In this document: positions 22,850-34,865 of the stretch, piece by piece
Layout: every line of letters begins with the position of its first letter
Position numbering within the stretch: the stretch's first letter is position 1
Assembly: GCF_036321535.1 (NCBI RefSeq)
Contig: NC_087437.1
Location: 10,914,001-10,978,000, forward strand
Length of the DNA: 64,000 bases
DNA from: Camelus dromedarius
Lineage: Eukaryota
Reading direction: 5' to 3'
Notes under the pieces: model-generated
Databases searched by the model: none
Seen by the model: the letters and a program-made list of their open reading frames with translations, nothing else
What the model was told of the DNA's origin: nothing
Made by a program: the position numbers and the translations under genes

Positions 22850-23625
22850 ATTTTTTTGTCTTTATTTTATTTTATTTTATTTTATTTTTTTATTGAAGTG
22901 TAGTTGATTTACAATGTTAGTTTCAGGTGCACAGCAAAGCAATTCAGTCATATGTATACATATGTGTACATTTTTTTCAGATTCTTTTCCATTATATGTC
23001 ATTACAAGATATTGAATATAGTTCCCTGAGCTATACAGTAAGTCCTTGATGTTTATCTATTTTATATATAGTAATGTGTATGTTAATCCCAAGCTCCTAC
23101 TTTATCCTTCCCTCGCCTTTTCCCCTTTGATAACCATAGTTTGTTTCCTATGTCTGTGAGTCTGTTCTGTTTTGCAAATAAGTTCATTTGTGTCATTTTT
23201 TAAGATTCTACATATAAGTGATATCATATGATATTTGTCTTTCTCTGTCTGATTTCACATAATATGATCATCTCTGGGTCCATCCATGTTGCTGAAAATG
23301 TATTTCATTCTTTTTTATGGCTGAGTAATACTCCATTGTATATATGTACCACATCTTCTTTATCCTGTCATCTGTCGGTGGACATTTAATTGCTTCCATG
23401 TCTTGGCTATTGTAAATAATGCTGCTATGAACATTCGGGTGCATATATCTTTTCGAATTAGACTTTTCTCTGGATATATGCCCAGGAGTGGGATTGCTGG
23501 GTCATACGGTAAGTCTATTCTTAGTTTTTTTAACGAACCTCCAAACTGTCCTCCATAGTAGCTGCACCAAACTACATTCCCACTAACAGTGGGAGGGTTC
23601 CTTTTCCCCCACACCCTCTCCAACG
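22850..23625 (-). mobile_element. 5'-truncated young L1 (antisense)
   Basis: Minus-strand peptide [16 protein letters not shown]...MFIAALFTIAKTWKQ; T-rich tail; TSD GAAAATGTAC at 22840-22849 and 23626-23635. Confidence 0.93.
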
Positions 23626-24759
23626 GAAAATGTACTTTAACTCATGCCGTGCTTCTTTGGGGAAGATGTTCAGGGACTTGTTGAGATAGACATACCTTTA
23701 AAAACACAAAATTTTTTGAGATTTTAGTACAAATTGAGTAGCAGTGTGCTTCCGTATTGCAGAGCACAGTGTAGGACAGGGTGCTCAGTATGATTTACTT
23801 AATAATTCATGAATTGGGAGTAGATGGTTGGGGGCAGTTGCCCAACTGCAACACATCATTGCCAGCGTTTCCTTTGATGGCAGTATATCACCTGACACAC
23901 AGTTGGCGCTCAATAGATGACTATTGAACTGAATTGCTTGTCTGGTGTCTGAGTCAGTGAAGCAGATGTAAAAAGAAATTGCCCCACTCTGAAAACTCCC
24001 TTTGGATTTTAGCCAAAACGCTATTTCAGCAAATACTATTAGGATTAGAGGCTCACTTATTCACAGGAAAAAATAAAATGGCAAGTCACTCTTTTCCTCT
24101 CATCATGTTAAAAAAAAATCTTTTGAAAATACCCTCTGCCATTTCTTATCCATCAGCATTACATTAATATGATATGTTTCTGTGAAAACGCTTCCCTTAA
24201 ACACATCAAATGGATTAACGCTGGCACTTTATCAGGTACCATTTCTGTTTCCATAAAACATCTTTAGACACATAAAAACGCCTTCAATGAGAAGTAGAAA
24301 ATCCTCGCCTTCTCCCATCATCCAGTCGACTCCTTGGAGTAAGCTGACATTTCTAGAGGCTCTGGCTTTGCTCCCTCCCGCAGGAGCTGCTGCTTTGTGC
24401 AGGGGCCATCGCCTCCCTGTGAATCTCTTCTCCTTACGGGTCAGAGCTGCATGGGGAGCACAGTGAAGGAGGCAGCCTCAGGCAGCGAGGACTGGGTGGA
24501 GGACACGAGGGAGGCAGCGAAGGAGGGCAGGAGCTGAGCGGGCTCCCCTCGCCCTTGCCAAGTGCTTTGAAAACCTCCCTTGCTCTGTCCCTGGGGTCAG
24601 TGGAGACTTAGGGCAAAAGCTAACTTGGGGTCATCATGCTGGACACCCTAGAACTGCAGCCCAGCACGCCTGCGTGAGCCATTATTTCCTGGGGTACCAT
24701 CTCCCTCCCCCACCCCTTCTTATTCATGCCAGCCTCTGATGCACAAGGGATACACTAGG

Positions 24760-24912
24760 CTGACAATTCTCAACATGTGGTGCCTGACCAGCAGCAGCAC
24801 CTGGGAACTTGCTGAAGATGCCCATCCTGAGGTCTAAGATCAACCGACTCAGCAACCTGGGGATACACAAGCCCTTCCGGGGGATTCGCATGTTCAAGTT
24901 TGAGAACCACTG
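24760..24912. mobile_element. MER5A-like DNA transposon
   Basis: ttctcaacatgtggtgcctgaccagcagcagcacctgggaacttg...aagtttgagaaccactg. Confidence 0.65.
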
Positions 24913-25173
24913 CATTTGGCAAGCCCCCGGGAGGGAGGAAGTGCCTTCCTCTTTTCAGCTGCCAAGGGTTCCCATCAGGTCTCCAAATTCCCTCCTCGTG
25001 GTCCTTGCCAGCTGAGGACGAGGCTTGCGTGTTACAACTCCACAAAGAGTTCTCAAGACGCCAGAGAGAAAAGCACATTTGCTGAGTGCCAGCTGTGGAC
25101 ACAGTCCCACTCCTGTCATGTGTCTTGTTGATGTGATCTTCAAAACAATCCTTTCAAGTTGATGTTCTACCAT

Positions 25174-25557
25174 TGTTAGGGGCCCAGTTGTGTCCCCCCA
25201 ATTCATATGCTGAAACCCTAACCCCCAGAATGTGGCTGTATTTAAAGATGGGCCTTTAAAGAGATGAATAGTTAAATGAGGCCTCTAGGGTGGGCCCTGA
25301 GCCAGTCTGATTGGTGTCCTTATTAGAAGAGGAGAGGAGGACACCGAGGGACACACAGGGCTGCGTGCACACTGAGTGGGGACCATGAGAGGGGAAAGCA
25401 GCCATCTACATGTCAAGGAGAGGGTTCTCGGGAGAAACCAAACCTGCGATGCCTTGATATGAGATGTCCAGCCTTAGAACTTGGAGAAATTAATTTCTGA
25501 TGTTTAAGCCACCAGGTCGGTGGCATTTTGTTATGGCTGCCCTAGCAAACCAATACA
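25174..25557 (+). mobile_element. MaLR LTR (MLT1B-like)
   Basis: TGT...gtgtccccccaattcatatgctgaaaccctaacccc...ttgttatggctgccctagcaaaccaatACA. Confidence 0.8.
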
Positions 25558-25977
25558 ATGGGCAATAAGGTGTTTCTCTGATTAATACAACCATTAAAAA
25601 CATGAATCCAGACAACAAAAACAGCTGTGCCTGACCCTCGTCCGGTGCTCCATAACCTGCGGGTGTGTCTCACTGCACTGCTGTAATACATCACCATGCG
25701 GGTCCCATCAAAAGCCCCATTTTACAGATGAGGCACTGAGGCTCAAAGTGACTTGCCCACCTTGACCCAGCTGGTAATGGTTGGGGTGGGTTTTGAAACC
25801 AAACAGGCAGACCCCAGGGTTGGTGTGTTCACCACCACTCCCCACGGCCTCCCTGCTGCAGACCCTGTGCTAAGAGGTTCAAGTTCATGACTTCTTATCC
25901 ACAACAATCCACAAGGTGAGGCATCCGTGGCACTCTTACAACCCCATCTTGTCAGGTGAGGAAACTGAGGCTTGACT

Positions 25978-26486
25978 TGTAATAGAGAAGAACAAATCTG
26001 ACTCCATATTAGATCTGCTCTAACCCTCTGCTCTGTCTCCTGGGCTGAGTCATGCTGGTTCTGCACCTTCTGTAAAAGAATGTTGCCTAAAGCCTGAAAT
26101 AGACAGGGGAGCCCATTCTCAAGGCTCTGACCTTTAAGGGTGGAACAATTTCCCATTCATATAGAGGTAAAAAGTTGCAGAACAGAGAATAATATTTGTC
26201 TTGTTGGAGGTTTACAGGGACACCATGACCTGACCCATGTGGACAGCTGCAAGAACAAAGGATTCTGACACCAAGAGGTTTGCAACAACCAACCACACCC
26301 CCTCCCCTTTTCAGTATAAAAGGAGCCTGAATTCTGACTTGGGGAAGATGGTTCTCCAGGACATTAGTCTGCCATCTTTTTGGTCTGCCGGCTTCCTGAA
26401 TAAAGCCATTATTCCTATCCAACACCTCGTCTCCCGATTTATTGGCCTGTCGTGCAGCGAGCAGCACGAGTTTGGACTTGGTAACA
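25978..26486 (+). mobile_element. Solo ERV1-class LTR, same family as 6613-7104
   Basis: TGTAAT...gaagaacaaatctgactccatatt...TATAAAAG...AATAAA...ggacttGGTAACA; sits within MIR-like sequence. Confidence 0.88.
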
Positions 26487-27469
26487 GATGCAGATGAAGA
26501 GAGTCATTCGAGCCACACCGCGATCAGGTTACAGAGCTGCAAATCCAGCCCAGGGCCTCTCTGCTGTCCTTACCTCACTCCTACCAGGGAGCGTCTCTTT
26601 TTCCCCAGGTTTCTTTGTGTCTTCATAGGAGATTCCTCAAAGCCTTCAGAATGCAAGACAGTACATCTCTGATGAAAGGATTCAACAAGAAGCAGGAGAA
26701 TGTGAACATCAGGAATAAGGTAATAACGCTCCCATGGTATCTCGTGCCTGCTGTGTGCCCGGCGCTGAGCTAAGACCTGGATTCTCTTACGTGACGTTGC
26801 TTAGACATGAAACACCCGCTCCCGTGGGCTCTGCGGCAGCAGAGAGCAGCAGTTAGCAAAATCCTGGCTTCCAGACTCACTAGCCGGAAGACCTTGGACG
26901 AGTCACAGTCCCTGTGAGCCTGAGTTTCCTCCTCTGTAAAATGGGAGGAGGTGGTGATAATAACAACTCCTGGGGCTGTCATGAGGAGAACTGAGTTAAT
27001 GCATGTTAAGTGCTCAGAGGAGTGCCTGGCACGGGATAAAAGCTGTTGTAAGTAGTTCCTGTGATTATTTTAAGACAGGCTGAGAAGTGCCTGTGGTGTC
27101 TTGTCACACAAGTTCTCAGGAGTCTGCATTTCAGCCTCGGGTCTTCTAGGAGAGCTGTTGTAAAGGATGCGCCCCACGTGAGCCCACGGAAGCTCAATTC
27201 CAAGCGCAACGGGGAAGAGAGGTTGAGAGAAATTGTACAGCGTGCGTGACGTGTCCTTGATGATCTCCTACAAACTCAGCCTTGACGAGTAGTACATAGT
27301 GCTCCAACAAAATTAAACTACAAATATCGCCCGGTTTTTCCCTGGTGCTTTCCTGCCATAAAGCCCCCGTCATAAATCTCAGTCTCATTAATAATAGTAG
27401 TAATAGTAATTAATAGTGATACATATGTTACCCAGTAGAGGTTAAAACCATAAGCCGAAGATCCCAGCA

Positions 27470-27870
27470 GAACAATGCAGAGGTGTGCGTTGCCAGCATC
27501 ATGTGCATGTTGGTTTGTTAGAGATGTCATTATTGATAACCGAGGAGAGATCTGTACTCCCAGGGAAGGGATAGGGGCAGGAAAAGAAACCTCAGAGAAA
27601 GACTTAGACATGCACCACGACCTACAGCCAAGGATATTATGTATCCTGCAGCACCGGCAGCAACAGAGATACCCAGCAATAGAGGCTGAGTAAATAAAAC
27701 TGTGGTACATCCATACAGGGGGACAAGATGCAGCCATAGAATAGAAAGAGACAGATGTAATCATGCCCATGTGAGATAAACGATACATTAAAAAAAGCCA
27801 GCCAAGCTGCAAATGAGTGAATTGTATGGCACGTGAAGTATATCTCAATAAAGCTGTTATACTTTTTTAA
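27470..27870 (+). mobile_element. Old L1 (L1ME-like) 3' end
   Basis: aaataaaactgtggtacatccataca ... tatatctcaataaagctgtt. Confidence 0.55.
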
Positions 27871-28474
27871 AAAGTGCATAGTAGTGTGTTGTGTTGCTGT
27901 TCATCTTTTTAAAGTGCACAGGTACAAACACAAATGGGTGTCTCACTGAGCATCTGGACGGACCCCTGAGAAGCTGACGACACTGATGGGGAGTGGGGGA
28001 GAGGGGTGAGGGGTAGGAGCTGGAAGGAGCTGTGTGATCCCTGTATAAGTTTGATTTTTTTTTTCAAATCGTGTTCATGTATTTCCTACTCAGTCAATTA
28101 AGACAGTCTCTTGCAAAACAGAGGAAGGGAAAAAGGAGAAACAAGTATCTACTGAATGATACCACGTGCCAGGCACTGTTCTAAGGCATTCAGTCATCTT
28201 TATGCATTCCCGGGAACTATTACAGTTATTCCTACTTCACAGGCGGGCTAAGTAGCTCCCCCCAGGGTCTCACAGGTGGCAGGTTTGGCCAGTGAAACTT
28301 GCTGAAATTCACCAATGCCCTCCCGCAGCTTCCTGGAATTTCTGAAATCTCAGAATTTGTCTCCCCACTGGTGACCTGCAGGAATTTTCACAAGATAAAG
28401 CAGGCTAAAATATTTGTGTGTGTGTGTGTGTATGTGTGTGTGTGTATATACACACACATATATATATATATACT

Positions 28475-28572
28475 TTTTTATTGAAGTATAGTCAGTTTAC
28501 AATGTTGTGTCAATTTCTGGTGTATAGCACAATGCTTCAGTCATACATGAACATACATATATTCGTTTTCAT
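28475..28572 (-). mobile_element. Short young L1 3' end, preceded by a (TG)n/(TA)n microsatellite
   Basis: ttttttattgaagtatagtcagtttacaatgttgtgtcaatttctggtgtatagcac. Confidence 0.8.
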
Positions 28573-30059
28573 AAAGTATCTTAAAATGTAAAAACATCTC
28601 AAGTAAACCCTAAAGCCCCTGGTTGAAAGAGGAGCTGCTACATCTCAGCTGTGTTTGCTCAGGAGACCCCATCCCAACCCCCCTGAAGTCCCACAGCAAC
28701 CCCACCTCCCCAGGCGCGAATCCGTCTGGTCCTCCCCAGGCCCCAGAACTAGGTGGTTCAGGGGAATCCCGCCAGGCCACAAAAGAAGTTTGCTTGAAAA
28801 CTGACTGCAGCTCACCCATCCTTCCCCCAGGGCCATAAACAGGGGTTTAATTACAAAGCAGGTGGAAAAACTGCAGAAGGAGGGGTCAGGCAGTCCGTCG
28901 TGTGTTTGACTCCTCTACACGAGAACCGCTAGCTTACGCCGCAGACTGTCTGCCCTCTGGGAGACTTACATCTCCTCCGCTTTGGCTGAGTGGCCACGCT
29001 GCTGAGAAGGAAGGGAGCACTTTTCTTGAGAAAGAGGAAACGCCAGGTGCCGAAGGTGGCAGTCATTCTGAGAAGGTACAGTTCATCACTCCACAACAAG
29101 GGGTAGTCACTTCTGAAGGAAAAACATAGTGGGCTGGGATTACGGAGTCTTGGCCTAATTTCTAGAACAGACATTCATGCAGGACCTACTACGTGGCACA
29201 TTATGTAATTTAATCCTCACCCCTGTAAAGACGTGGCGGGGAAGTTGCTGCATCCTTCAAATAAATGACCCGGGAGCTCACAGGTTGATTCAGGACAGAG
29301 TGGGCCACCTCCACCAGGACTCGGACTCGTTCACTATCGTTCTCACCAGTGTCCAGGCACATTTAGAGGTGGGGGTTCCCCTGACCCCCACCAGCCTTCC
29401 TTTATTACTCTCTGGCACTGCTGAGACATGACTGGAATGTTCAATGAGAGTGACTAAGGTCATGGGATGACGGAAGGAAAAGAAACAATAGCACAAACAT
29501 GGAAAATGCAGCTTAGCGGAGGCAGCCTATTTGCTGGAGAGCTTGAGTCACTCCTATCCATAGAAGACTCCAGAAAAAGATAGTCCGTATTGAATTCCCT
29601 TCTGTTTCTCTCTTGAGTCCCCGTTTATTCTTTCATGGGTGCATTCATTTATTCCACAAGTATTTATTAAACACCTATGATGTGCTTTAAAGTAGCAGTG
29701 AGACGGTGCAAAGGAATCCCTGGGAGGCTTTATTAGCCAGCTACTTAAAGCAATGTCCTCGTAAATGGTGGTATTTATACCCATTTTCTTGGATGAGGAA
29801 ATCGAGGCTCAGGCAGGCTGACTTGGCCACAGTCACAGTGGGAAGGCTGGATCACACTCAAGATTCTCTCTGGAGCCCCAGTTTTTCTCACTGCCTCCCG
29901 TTCCCCAGATTGTCTTGTCGGGGGTGCCTTTGGTGCATCCAGCTCCCTGGAACACAGGATGGATTAACCTTTGGCAGCTGGCTCATCTAGCATCCTAGCC
30001 CATTCAGTGTCTTCATCTATAACAATATACTCTAAGCTGGTATTCACAAATACTCTATG

Positions 30060-30210
30060 AGGGTAGGAGGGTATATCTCAAGTGGTAGAGCGCATGCTTA
30101 GCACGCATGAGGTCCTGGGTTCAATCCCCAGTACCTCCTTTAAAAAGTAAATAAATAAATCTAATTACCTCCCTCCCCCCCAAAATAAAATAAATAAACC
30201 TAATTTTAAA
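30060..30210 (+). mobile_element. tRNA-derived SINE
   Basis: A and B boxes, A-rich tail, TSD AAATACTCTA at 30048-30057 and 30211-30220. Confidence 0.9.
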
Positions 30211-30229
30211 AAATACTCTACGGCATTCA

Positions 30230-32029
30230 GCCCAGACCTCCAAAATTATGGGGGGGTTTTGGCATGTGAAATACTTTCATTCCATCCCAGCAACTCTTGA
30301 AGTCTTAACTCTTTTCAGCAAAAACTCAAAAGTCAAAGTCTCATCCAAATGTCACCTAAATTAGACACAGGTAAGACTTAAGGTGCCATTTATACAGAGG
30401 CAAGTTCCTCTCCAGCTATGAATTTGTAAAATCAAGCAAATTATGTGCTTCCAAAATAGAACCATGGGTCGGGCATAGGATGGACGTTCTCATTTCAAAA
30501 GGGAGACGTGATAACGAAGAAAGGGACACCAGGTCCCAAACGAGTCCAAAGCTCAGTGGGACACACACAGGAAAACTTAAGGCCCAAGAGTAACCCCCTT
30601 GCCCTGTGCTCTGCCTCCAGGCACACAGGGCAGAAGCCCTGCCTTCTGGACCGTCTGGGGTGGGAGTCCTGCCACTGCATTTTGCCAGGCTGGGGCTGGT
30701 GGCCTGGCCCCTGTGGCTTGGCCTAAGGATCCCTCCCTGGCTCTGTGCTGGGCTCCCTTTTTAGCCTGGGTGGAGGCAGCCACAGCCCCATGGTTCATGC
30801 ATGCCCAGCTTTGCCTGTTCCTTCCAGAGGGGTGGCCACCCCAGCCTGCACCACACAGGAGCTGCCGGAGGCAGCTGAGACACCGGGCAGGTATGGGGAG
30901 CAGAACCCAGGATGGGAGGCAGCCCCGCCAGTGAGTGCAGAGATCCCTCATGTGGCAAAAGCCCTCCTTTGAAAGGGCTCCAAGTCACTCTGAGTGGCTT
31001 GGGGTAGTTCCTCCCCGTCCCCTGCCCCCTCTCCTGCACAACAGCTCTCCAGCCTCTGTCAAGATGGCTGGCCCCTACTAATCTCTTTACAAAACCATGG
31101 TTTGGCCACATACTGAGAGGCTGAGAATTTTCCAAGTCTTTAAGATCTGCTTCCTTTTTGATTAATGACTCTGAGTCCTGTCTCTCTTCTCAGATTTTAA
31201 TACAAGTGGTGAGGAGAAACCAGGAGAAACTCCTAGGCATTTTGCTTAGACAGAACTTCAGCTAAATACCCAATATCATCTGCCTTCCACAAGACACTCA
31301 GACGGAGCTCAGCCAAGCTCTTGGCCACCTATAACAAGCACAGCCTTTCTCCCTTGTCCAAGAACACGTTCCTTGTCTCCATCTGAGACTTCATCAGAAT
31401 GGCTTTTACCATCCAGATTTTGACCAATATTCTATTCAAGAGTGCTTAGGTATTCTCTAAGAAGACTGAGGCTGTCTCTACAGCTCCTCTTTTCTTCCTG
31501 GGTCCCCCCTCAAATTCCCTGTCATGGTCCATGCCCAGCTACATAGGGACACGGATGGATTTTCTAACATGGATCTCCAAACCCATCCAGCCTCTACTCA
31601 TTACCCAGTTCCAAAGCCAATCCCACGTTTTAGGCATTTGTTATGGAAGCACCCAACTTCTCCCTACCAATTTGTCTTAGTCCGTTCCGGCTGCTATCAC
31701 AAAATACCGTAGACCGGATGGCTTACAAACAGCAGAAATGTACCATTCTAGAGGCTGGGAAGTCCAAGTTCAAGGTGCTGGTAGATTCAGTGTCAGGTGA
31801 GAGTCCACTTCCTGGTCCTTGGACAGCTGCTTCTCACTGTGTGCTCACATGACAGAAGCACTGAGGATGCTCCCTAGGGCCTGTTTCATAAGGACGCTAA
31901 TCCCATTCATGGCGTTCTGCCCTCATGACCTAACCACTTCCCAAATGCCACACCTCCTAATACCATCACACTGGGGGTTAGGTTCCAACCTATGAATTTG
32001 GGGGGAAACACAAGTATTCAGTCTGTAAC
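30230..32029 (-). mobile_element. MaLR element: internal MLT1-int-like region plus MLT1A-like LTR (31673-32029)
   Basis: LTR begins tgtcttagtccgttccggctgctatcacaaaatacc (reverse-oriented MLT1A end); adjoining sequence has MLT-int motifs (ttacccagttccaaagc, caaaagtcaaagtctcatc). Confidence 0.7.
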
Positions 32030-33189
32030 ACCTAGGCACAGTGACATAATGCTTCTTGATGGTGGCAACGCCTGCTGGAGACTTGTACCAACCAGAGACT
32101 GAAAAAGTCTGAGACCCACAGGTATGGTAACATTGCCCCGTCTAGAGCCTTCCACACAATCTATGCTCAACAAAAGTGGTAATGCTCATGAGCTCCCTGC
32201 TCAGAACCATCCACTGTTACCCCCTCCTCCCTTCAGATAACAAAATGACAGATAATGCTTTCTTGACTTCACACTGGGTCCATGTAGGAACTCACAGTGA
32301 GGTCCAAGGGTGGAAACTCAATCCAACCTCTTTCCAGCTGGGACTATATCATTGTGCATTCTCATTAGCATTGAGAATCTGGGGCAGATTCTCTCTCCCA
32401 GGAATTTGGAATGCAAGTTTTGAGATCTGGTGCCCAGATCTGGTGCCCAGATCTCAAAACTGGCTGGAATTGTGAGAGAAGGGCCAAAAAGTCCTACCAT
32501 ACTCATCATTCTTGCCCTTGCTGGGACTTTGGGATGCAATATTTTCTTTGACTCTTACAAGCTACCCTTCTTTTATAGTTTAAGCAAGCCAGAGGGGATT
32601 TCTGTTGCTTGCAACCAAAAGAATACTGAATAATATATAAAGCAATACTCCATTGTTCAAGCATGCAGACAAAGAAATTAATATATAATTACAAAATGTG
32701 ATAAAGTGCCATGAAAGAACAGAACAGAAACTTGGAGAGACTGACAATGGAGACCAGTTGTAGATTGGGTGATCTGGGAGAATAGCCTTTGGAGAGAGTG
32801 TATTTGAGCTGAAACCTTAAAGATGGATCAGCCCTTTGAAGAGTGGAAGAAAGATTGTTTCAGGCAGAAGGAAAGCAGGCAAAGTTGCCCTAGAGCAGGG
32901 AGGGACACATTCCAGAGAAATTAGGCGTGGGGCGAGTGCAGAGCCATGAGGCTTATGCTCTGAGTTATGTTCAGAGCAGTTTTCTTCCTCTCAGTTAAAT
33001 GAATCACAGTAAATGTCTGTGGCTTTTTTCCTCTTGAAAATGGGCAGACTACATCTTAGCATTTAGCTGTACCACTGTGTGTGTGTTGCACAGTGATATA
33101 GTCCCAGTTGGAAATGAGCAAGTTTATTGTCCATATCACATGATTTTAGCAACCGTCTATAAGAACCTCTGCTAGACTAAACCTTAATT

Positions 33190-33322
33190 TCTTTTTTTTT
33201 TAATTTGGGGGGAGGTAATTATGTTTTTATTTAATTTTTTTTTAATGGATGTCCTGGGGATTGAACCCAGGACCTTGGGCATGTTAGGCATGCATTCTAC
33301 CACTGAGCTATACCCTCTTTCC
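33190..33322 (-). mobile_element. tRNA-derived SINE (antisense)
   Basis: ggggattgaacccaggacc...ctaccactgagctataccct. Confidence 0.88.
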
Positions 33323-33535
33323 CCAAAACTTGGTTTCTTCAGGATTCACTTGGATAGATCAGGTCATAGAAAACATAGTTCTGGGCTTTGGCCCCTTGAT
33401 AGTCCAGGTATACAGTGGGGTGCATGCAGTGGATGATGGAGGAAGGTGAGAATGAGTAGAGATGTGATACTGGAGAGAACTCTGTCATACCTGTAATCTG
33501 CCTGCCCCCTCCAAGTTAGTTCAGTAACTGGAGGT

Positions 33536-34100
33536 GTGTATTCGTTATCTGCTGCTGCATAACAAATACTGCAAAGCTTGCAGCTTAGAAAAATGAACAC
33601 TCATTGGCTTATGAGTCTGAAGGTCAGAAGTGGGGCATGATGTGGCTGCTTTTGGCTCAGGGTATCACAGGGTCAAATCAAGGTATTGGTTGAGGATGTG
33701 GTTCTCATCTGGGCCTTGTGGTCCCCTTTTAAGTTTACTGATTATTGGAAGAATCCATTTCTTTATGGTTTTAAGACCAAGGTCCCCACTTTTCCTAGCT
33801 GTCAGACAGGAACCACTCTCAGCTGCTAGAGCCTGCCCCTCTCATCAACAGCTCACAGTATAGATGTTTGCTTTCCTTCAAGCCAGCCAGAGTGTGTCTC
33901 GATGCCATCCCCTTCTGCCACCAGTTGGAGAAGGCTCTCAGCATTTAAAGAAGCTTTTGTGATTAGGTTAGAGCCACCAATCAACTGATTAGTAAACTTA
34001 ACTACACCTACAAACTCCCTATGCCATGTAAAGTGACATAACCACAGGAGAAGCACCAGGGGGTGGAGATCATGGCCATCTTAGAACACTGCCTGGCACA
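33536..34100 (-). mobile_element. MaLR LTR (MLT1E/F-like)
   Basis: tgtattcgttatctgctgctgcataacaaatac...ccatcttagaacactgcctggcaca. Confidence 0.65.
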
Positions 34101-34230
34101 GGCTGCCATTGCTGTCTGCCAGCTCCTGGAGTCTTTGCACGGTGACTTAGCGAAAAGAGCTAGCCTCCGTAAATATGCAGCTAAAAAATAATTTCCTCAC
34201 CATCTTATCTCTCCTTACACTGTGACCCAC

Positions 34231-34865
34231 TGTATTTGTTTCCTGTGGCTGCTGTTAACAAATGATCCCAAACTTTGTGGCTCAAAATGACAGAAATGTA
34301 GTCTCATGATTCTAGAGTCTAGAAGTCTGAGGTCAGGGCTGCAGTTCTGCAGAGGCTCTGCGGGGGTTCTCTGCCTCGTCTGGTGGTGGCAGGTGTTTCC
34401 TGACTTGCAGCTGTATCACTCCAATCTCCACCTCTGTCTTCACGTCACTGCATCTCTGTGTGGGTCTGGGTCAAAAGCACCTCTCTTTTCACCTCTCTGT
34501 TATAAAGACATATGATTTCATTGAGGGCCCACCTGGATAATCCAGGACAAGATCCTCAAGATTTTAGCTTAATTACCTTTTTGGCCATACGTTCAACCCT
34601 CTGTACTCGTGGGTTCTGCCTTTGTGCGCAGAGTCGGAACCCACAGATATGGAGGACAGAGTGTACTAAGACATCTTATACAAGGCACTTGAGCATCTGC
34701 GCAGTTTGGTATCCACACTGGTGGCGGGGATCCTGGAACCAGTATCCTGTGGATACTGAGGGACAACTATATAAAGTAATATTCACTTTTTTTGCTATAG
34801 AAGGTAATATGGTTCTGGGATGAGCACATGGACATATCTCTGGGAGACCATTTTTCAATCATTCA
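34231..34865 (-). mobile_element. MLT1C/D-like LTR interrupted by a MER2-like Tigger MITE (about 34590-34770)
   Basis: tgtatttgtttcctgtggctgctg...; insert tcaaccctctgtactcgtgggttc...ggatactgagggacaactata. Confidence 0.65.

Noticed and set aside
6613..26486. Possible single 20-kb provirus between the two similar LTRs
   Set aside because: No gag/pol/env sequence between them, the interval contains ancient repeats, and the first LTR has its own TSD.
32421..32456. Short tandem/palindromic gagatctggtgcccagatctggtgcccagatctc
   Set aside because: Small slippage duplication inside an old LTR-like element; no spacers, so not CRISPR-like.
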